The translations under genes and the position numbers were made by a program. From assembly GCA_017429765.1 (NCBI GenBank), contig JAFROJ010000074.1, forward strand, positions 6,649 through 70,648: a stretch of 64,000 bases of DNA. The letters run 5' to 3'. The DNA is from Bacteroidales bacterium (GTDB taxonomy: Bacteria > Bacteroidota > Bacteroidia > Bacteroidales > UBA932). Under the pieces are notes generated by a model that had not been told where the DNA came from, did not search any database, and worked only from the letters and a program-made list of their open reading frames with translations. Every line of letters starts with the position of its first letter. Position 1 is the stretch's first letter. This document shows, piece by piece, positions 59,601 through 64,000 of this stretch.

Positions 59601-59719
59601 GCGGACAGAACCTGTTCTGCTTCGACAAGCTTCCCGCGGACATGCCGGTCGAAGGCAACAATGTCACCGCCCTTCCGGTCTTCCGTATGTACCGTATCGG
59701 AGTTGACCTGTCCTTCTAG
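56624..59719 (+). CDS. susC: SusC TonB-dependent transporter (PUL copy 2)
   Basis: ITLLKDGASQAIYGVRGANG.LVINTKRG motif; C-terminal Phe. Confidence 0.95.
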   Translation: MMKKHIIIAAALMLLGSAFASAQSDFAVSGTVKDVYGNPLPGVIVSANNKALYITDKNGQYTATAGSSDELTFALVGFKKQTVKASSDMQVVLEDDAHDLSEVINLGYSKVSREDLSDAVSTVSGATLGKSLNTRLQQTLSGRLSGLTTIESTFEPTYEELSMYVRGLSTVHGGAAGVVIDGVLYDSYSHDILYRISPEEVESITLLKDGASQAIYGVRGANGLLVINTKRGTPGKLKVGVNVSETVEQPVDVMHQFDSYEYATMRNQAAYNDGRGKNVFFSESALDNFKKGTNTDYYPNTDWADLLMRKASNLQRVAIDAIGGGERVQYFTTMNLIHQGSFWNTDTDKYKTDNEKVRLNFRSNIDVMVNSWIGLFMNLAGSVVKAHTPNSSVAYNNTIYEYMAFMPPTVYGPVTPEIMGSDGETVIQPAGDVISTVNMVNSPYGLLNRSGYNNATNTNIYGQGGLQFDLSFLTPGLWAKASVGYLSYITATMTTTQSYKRVYRDDDWSKLSFTQLGTTIDGTLGYGKGTALYGYMSYKGEAGYTRDFGKHHINANAYAMYQSFIDQTGNAAATYDYRRIYTGVEALYNYDHRYALHLTTGYSASDYFPRSTRFIWTPGVSAAWIASNESFMKETLPWLSLFKVRGSYAITGNDSTGFGRYAYKDQVTSVQGGNISWLRYYTNESVYGNDGLVPEKIHKANIGIDLGLGNQFTASFDVFKEKMNNGLAQSTASIPSYQGISLGSFPVLNMSQYENKGWELSVGYNKRFNEDWGVFINGHLGYNKNKIIYVGESEKGEDYAYRYRTEGFPYGQTWGYLVDWSNGNGLFNFQDEIDSHATYSFGTPRLGDIKYQDLNKDGVIDDKDQAPIANGSLPRYSFGLDLGFTWKSFEVSALFQGVADYYRNYSYLYGYHTVRDGFYTESMRNAWTSEKWLNGETIDYPALSTASTTNTQTSDYFYRNASFVRLKNAQIAYKLPKRFCDSIGAGTAKIYLGGQNLFCFDKLPADMPVEGNNVTALPVFRMYRIGVDLSF

Positions 59720-59737
59720 CCTGACCTAATCTCAAAA

Positions 59738-61471
59738 ATGATGAAAGATATGAAAAAATATATCGTATTCTTAATGTTGGCCGTTTTCCTTCTCCCTGCC
59801 TGCAACAAGATGCTGGACCTCAGGGACAACGGAACGACTGACATGAGTCAGGTGTTCTCGGATCGTAACATGACCCGTGGCTATATCAACGCCTGCTACA
59901 ACTATATAGTCGGAACCAACCTGCGTGTCGGCTCGTTCACGGACGACGCCCAGGATGCCCAGGCGATCACCGCCGGCACCAACTATGACTATTGGTACAA
60001 CCAGACGCTCAACGCGAGCAACTTCGGATCCCATAACTTCGACGGAGACCCTTGGACACAATTGTTCCAGGGAATCCGCAAGTGCAACGTTTTCCTCGCC
60101 AACATCGGGGAATCCACAGCGAAGATGACCGAGCAGGAGCGTCAGGCATGGTCCGCCCAGGCCAAGACCCTCCGTGCCCTGTACTACATGCAGCTTGTGA
60201 AGCGTTATGGCGGTGTTCCCCTCCTCACCGAGGATCTCGGGACCGACCACGACTATTCCACTGATTCCCGCGCGAGTGTCGGTGACGTGATCAACCAGAT
60301 CCTCACTGACTGCGACGAGGCCATCGCCATTCCTGACAGCGAGGACTACTCCTATGTCTACGGTGACGGCCAGTGGGGAATGATGACCAAGGCCGTCGCC
60401 CAGGCGATCCGCGCCGAGGCCGCCACCTATGCCATCAGCCCCCTGTTCTCTGACAGTGGTTTCGACAAGCAAAGGGCCCTGACCATCGCTGCCGACGCCC
60501 TCGCCAACCTGCTGAGCCACGGTTATTCTCTCTGGACCCGTTCCTCCGCCACTTCCTCGGCCTACGCTCTCTACCACCTCACCAACCCGAACGACAACCG
60601 GGCTGTTGACAAGGAGACGATCTACGGCGGTTACCGTGTGGCCCCCTGGTCCGAGTGCGGAGTGCCTATCGTGGCCGGTACCACCACCGCCGGTTCCTGC
60701 CCTACCCAGGAGCTTATCGACGCCTATGAGATGGCTAACGGACAGCCCGCGATCACCGGTTACTCCGACGCGGCCCATCTTCAGCCGATCGTGAACACCG
60801 CTTCCGGCTACAATCCGGAGAAGCCCTATGAGGGCCGCGATCCCCGTTTCTACGACTCGATCTTCTACAACATGTCCAAGAGGGGCGGAGCCTACATCAA
60901 CACCTATGTCGGCGGTACCTGCGGAATCAGTTCCACGAACATCCGCTACACCTGCACAGGTTACTACATGCGCAAGTTCGCCGCCGACGGGTCGAACCGT
61001 AACTCCAACCAGGACGGCTACCTCCGCCTCATGCGTCTGACCGACGTGTACATGAACTTCGCCGAGGTCGCCTATCAGGTGGCAGGCCCTTACCAGAACG
61101 TCAGCGGTGTCAACATGTCGGCGGCCGACGCTGTCAACGCCATCCGCGAGCGCGCCGGTATGCCCAACCTCCCTTCAGGTCTCTCCGCGAGCGAATTCGA
61201 GACCCGCTACCGCAACGAGCGTCGTGTCGAATATGCCTTCGAGATGGACCGCTACTTCAGCCTGCGCCGCTGGAATGTCCTCAGTGATAACGCCAAGCAG
61301 GTCACCGGCATGCGTATCACCCAGGAGGGTTCCAAGTACACCTACACCCGTTTCGCCTTCGATCCTCGCCAGACCGCCGAGAGCAAGTATTTGCTCTACC
61401 CGATCAACATCACCGAGCTCAACAAGATGACGAAACTCACCGGTAACAACTGGCAGAATCCGGGTTGGTAG
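59738..61471 (+). CDS. susD: SusD lipoprotein (PUL copy 2)
   Basis: Lipobox LPAC; LVKRYGGVP and RNERRVEYAFE motifs; ends QNPGW. Confidence 0.95.
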   Translation: MMKDMKKYIVFLMLAVFLLPACNKMLDLRDNGTTDMSQVFSDRNMTRGYINACYNYIVGTNLRVGSFTDDAQDAQAITAGTNYDYWYNQTLNASNFGSHNFDGDPWTQLFQGIRKCNVFLANIGESTAKMTEQERQAWSAQAKTLRALYYMQLVKRYGGVPLLTEDLGTDHDYSTDSRASVGDVINQILTDCDEAIAIPDSEDYSYVYGDGQWGMMTKAVAQAIRAEAATYAISPLFSDSGFDKQRALTIAADALANLLSHGYSLWTRSSATSSAYALYHLTNPNDNRAVDKETIYGGYRVAPWSECGVPIVAGTTTAGSCPTQELIDAYEMANGQPAITGYSDAAHLQPIVNTASGYNPEKPYEGRDPRFYDSIFYNMSKRGGAYINTYVGGTCGISSTNIRYTCTGYYMRKFAADGSNRNSNQDGYLRLMRLTDVYMNFAEVAYQVAGPYQNVSGVNMSAADAVNAIRERAGMPNLPSGLSASEFETRYRNERRVEYAFEMDRYFSLRRWNVLSDNAKQVTGMRITQEGSKYTYTRFAFDPRQTAESKYLLYPINITELNKMTKLTGNNWQNPGW

Positions 61472-61498
61472 TCGGCAAACCTTTAAATGTTAATGATT

Positions 61499-63118
61499 AT
61501 GAAAAAATACATACTCATACTTTTCGCGGCGGCTTCACTCGTCTGGTCTTGCAACGAACTGGATAATGACTCCAGGCTCGGGAGCATGACCGCACCCGGA
61601 GCGCTCTCGAATGTCGAGACTTCCGCCCGTATCGGATCTGTGGTCTTCACTTGGGACAACCCTACCTCGGGAGATTACTACTACACCCTGGTCGAGTTCC
61701 AGCGCGGCGGCGAGACTGTCAAGCACAAGATCAGCCGTTACGCCGTCAGCCCGACCAAGGGAGAGGGACACACCCGTTACATCTACGAGGGATTCGAAGA
61801 CACGAACACCTACACCTTCACCCTGACCCCTTACTCCGCCGACGGGCAGGCTGGTCCTTCCCAGACTGTCACCGGTGCCGCCGAGGACGCCTCCTACGCC
61901 TACAAATATGTGGCTGAGACCGTCACGATCGAGCCTGAGGTCGAGGGTGCCCAGGTGTCTTGGATCAATGAGTACCACCGTGACGTCACGGTCAACATCT
62001 CTTATGAGGATGTTGCCGGCCAGGTCGTGACCAAGAAGGTCACTTCCTCAGCTGACGGTAAAGTCTCCATCGGAGCCTTCACAAAGACCACGAGCGTCAC
62101 CGTCACGAGCGCCAATGCCGCCGGGCAGACCTCTGAGCCTACCGTCGTCTCTGTCACTCCAAAGACGGGTGAGATCCCTGTCTCCAGGATGGCCATCGAC
62201 GAGTATTCAGACTTCTGGCAGTCCGGATATGAGCTCAAGAACGTCCTTGACCGCAACATGAACTCCTACTGGCACACCGCCCTGACCGGACCTTACCACT
62301 GGTTCATCGTCGATCTCGGCTATGTCCACATGGTCAATGCGATCGAGGTTATCCGTCGTCAGACCGATGCCGGTTACGGTTCTCCTCTGAAGGCTCTCAA
62401 GCTCTCTGTCAGCGTCGACGACGAGAACTTCACCACAGTCTACGACGGTGAGTACGACGCCGGCCCTGTCTACGCCAACCACATGTTCATCTTCGATGAG
62501 CAGCTCGCGCGCTACATCAAGGTCGAGGTCACGTCAGAGGGAAGCTGGGCTCACGTCGCTGAGTTCCTCGCCTACTACAGCCCTGATCCTAAGAGCGCTT
62601 CTCCTTACGCTGATGAGGCTTCCGCCGAACTCGCTCCGGATCCGGATGACGATCCTACAGTCTATGAAGACGTGGAGTACCTCTATCCTGACAACTTCGG
62701 TCAGGCCGGCTGGGTCAACAACCTCAAGTACTACCAGGCTGATGACCGCTCGAACGACACAGAGTGGACATTCGAGACCACCGGTGGTGACTCCTGGATG
62801 CCTCTGGGCCGTCTGAAGAATGACGCTGCCGGTCCCATGCTCGTGTTCCAGTACAAGTGCACCAAGAGCATCACGCTCGAGTTCTTCTGGTGCAACGAGA
62901 AGGGATTCGGTGACGGCGGTCCCGCGGGAGGCCGTTCCACAGCGTTCAGTATCAGCAAGTCTGATGAGTGGAAGACATTCAAGAGGGACTTCTCCAATGA
63001 CTGGAAGACCCACAAGTGGTCCGGTAAGGCTGGCTGTACCGTTCGTTTCGACGTCGGTGACGGTGCCGGTGTGACCCTCGTGGTCCGTAACATGCGTTGG
63101 CAGCCGGTTCCCCAGTAA
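61499..63118 (+). CDS. Surface glycan-binding-type lipoprotein (DUF4959-like N-terminus plus F5/8 discoidin domain)
   Basis: Lipobox VWSC; D.NMNSYWHT, HWFIVDLG and ARYIKV discoidin motifs. Confidence 0.8.
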   Translation: MKKYILILFAAASLVWSCNELDNDSRLGSMTAPGALSNVETSARIGSVVFTWDNPTSGDYYYTLVEFQRGGETVKHKISRYAVSPTKGEGHTRYIYEGFEDTNTYTFTLTPYSADGQAGPSQTVTGAAEDASYAYKYVAETVTIEPEVEGAQVSWINEYHRDVTVNISYEDVAGQVVTKKVTSSADGKVSIGAFTKTTSVTVTSANAAGQTSEPTVVSVTPKTGEIPVSRMAIDEYSDFWQSGYELKNVLDRNMNSYWHTALTGPYHWFIVDLGYVHMVNAIEVIRRQTDAGYGSPLKALKLSVSVDDENFTTVYDGEYDAGPVYANHMFIFDEQLARYIKVEVTSEGSWAHVAEFLAYYSPDPKSASPYADEASAELAPDPDDDPTVYEDVEYLYPDNFGQAGWVNNLKYYQADDRSNDTEWTFETTGGDSWMPLGRLKNDAAGPMLVFQYKCTKSITLEFFWCNEKGFGDGGPAGGRSTAFSISKSDEWKTFKRDFSNDWKTHKWSGKAGCTVRFDVGDGAGVTLVVRNMRWQPVPQ

Positions 63119-63152
63119 TGGACAACTGTTAGTTAACACAACTCTTTGATAT

Positions 63153-63189
63153 TGTGTCCCGTTCCCCCCGCGGCGCGGGACACATTTTT
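63153..63189 (+). terminator. Intra-PUL terminator-like hairpin
   Basis: TGTGTCCCG 63153-63161 / CGGGACACA 63176-63184 followed by T5. Confidence 0.6.
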
Positions 63190-63211
63190 AATATTCAAAA
63201 ACCATCAGGCA

Positions 63212-64000
63212 ATGAAACCGAGTTTATCCATTCCCGTCATTTTGATGGCTCTTTTGGCCGCTTTCTCCTGCTCCCGCGCGGACAGGGTCGCGGCCCAAGA
63301 CGGTGACCTCTTCGCTGATACCTGGGTCGCCACCGACGCCCTCGGGAGGACTATGCCTCTGATCGATTCCGTGGGCCCGGTCAAGAACGACCAGCGCAGG
63401 GTCGTTGGAATATTCTACATCACATGGCATACCCAGAATCTCCTCAACGCGAGAAGCCCCTACGAGGCCGATGTCACGAAGGTTCTCCATAATGACCCGA
63501 ACGCCCGTTTCCAGTCTGACAACCCGGAGTGGAAGTACGGCTCCTATCACTGGGGTGAGCCCGAGATGGGGTATTTCCTCAGCCAGGACGAGTGGGTCAT
63601 CCGCAAGGACATGTCCATGCTCGCCGACGCCGGCGTGGACGTGCTGGTCATGGACGTGACCAACGCCGTCCGCTACTGGGACGAGTGGGACGTGACCTTC
63701 TCCGTCATGGAGAAGATGCGCGCCGAGGGCAACAAGACCCCCCAGTTCCTATTCTGGTGCTACAACGGCCCGGTCGTGACCGTGGTCCAGGACATCTACG
63801 ACAGGATCTACAAAGAGAACAAATACTCCGACCTGTGGTTCTACTGGGACGGCAAGCCCTTGCTCCTCTACAACGCCCGGCCCGAGCTTGACGCCAACGG
63901 AAGTGGTTATGAGACAAATGATTACTCCGACGAGGTCAAGGAGTTCTTCACCCTGAGGAACATGTGGTGGGGCTACTACGAGTGGGGAGGCGAGCGCTAC
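63212..64000 (+). CDS. Putative GH71/GH99-like glycoside hydrolase lipoprotein (3' truncated; absent from ORF track)
   Basis: MKPSLSIPVILMALLAAFSC lipobox; VGIFYITWH, WGEPEMGYF, LADAGVDVLVMD and YWDGKPLLL resemble GH99-like TIM barrels. Open to the window end. Confidence 0.65.
   Translation, partial: MKPSLSIPVILMALLAAFSCSRADRVAAQDGDLFADTWVATDALGRTMPLIDSVGPVKNDQRRVVGIFYITWHTQNLLNARSPYEADVTKVLHNDPNARFQSDNPEWKYGSYHWGEPEMGYFLSQDEWVIRKDMSMLADAGVDVLVMDVTNAVRYWDEWDVTFSVMEKMRAEGNKTPQFLFWCYNGPVVTVVQDIYDRIYKENKYSDLWFYWDGKPLLLYNARPELDANGSGYETNDYSDEVKEFFTLRNMWWGYYEWGGERY

Overview
64 kb of GC-rich chromosome from a Bacteroidales bacterium (inferred from TAnnTTTG promoters, SusC/SusD systems and gene content). 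No integrase, transposase, prophage or CRISPR array was seen. In order: 3' end of a UvrD/PcrA helicase; an unannotated His leader peptide and attenuator in front of a standalone HisD homologue with its catalytic and most Zn-binding residues substituted; a candidate ~70-nt sRNA complementary to the start codons of neighbouring genes; a DUF4493-type lipoprotein, an OmpA protein and a modular collagen-like lipoprotein; a DUF1460 amidase. A long minus-strand run follows: rhaT, then a coupled radical SAM / ATP-grasp / WbqC / GT2 cassette, a CE2-like esterase and DPP-IV. Next come tRNA-Glu(CTC), rpmE, a degenerate NamZ-like gene, glmM, and a V-type ATPase operon with a Na+ signature directly downstream of a Na+-pumping acyl-CoA decarboxylase operon. 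Then yebC, a TPR protein, recF, DUF721, pdxB, a GntR/ABC operon with a palindromic operator, AraC, lysA, ffh, an orphan SusCD pair, GSCFA, a 5'-nucleotidase, and an AraC-linked tandem SusCD-SusCD PUL running off the window end. Best novelty candidates: the His-attenuated HisD pseudoenzyme, the radical SAM/ATP-grasp/WbqC/GT2 cassette, and the sRNA with the OmpA/collagen-fibre module. All family assignments come from motif recognition by eye; no searches were run.
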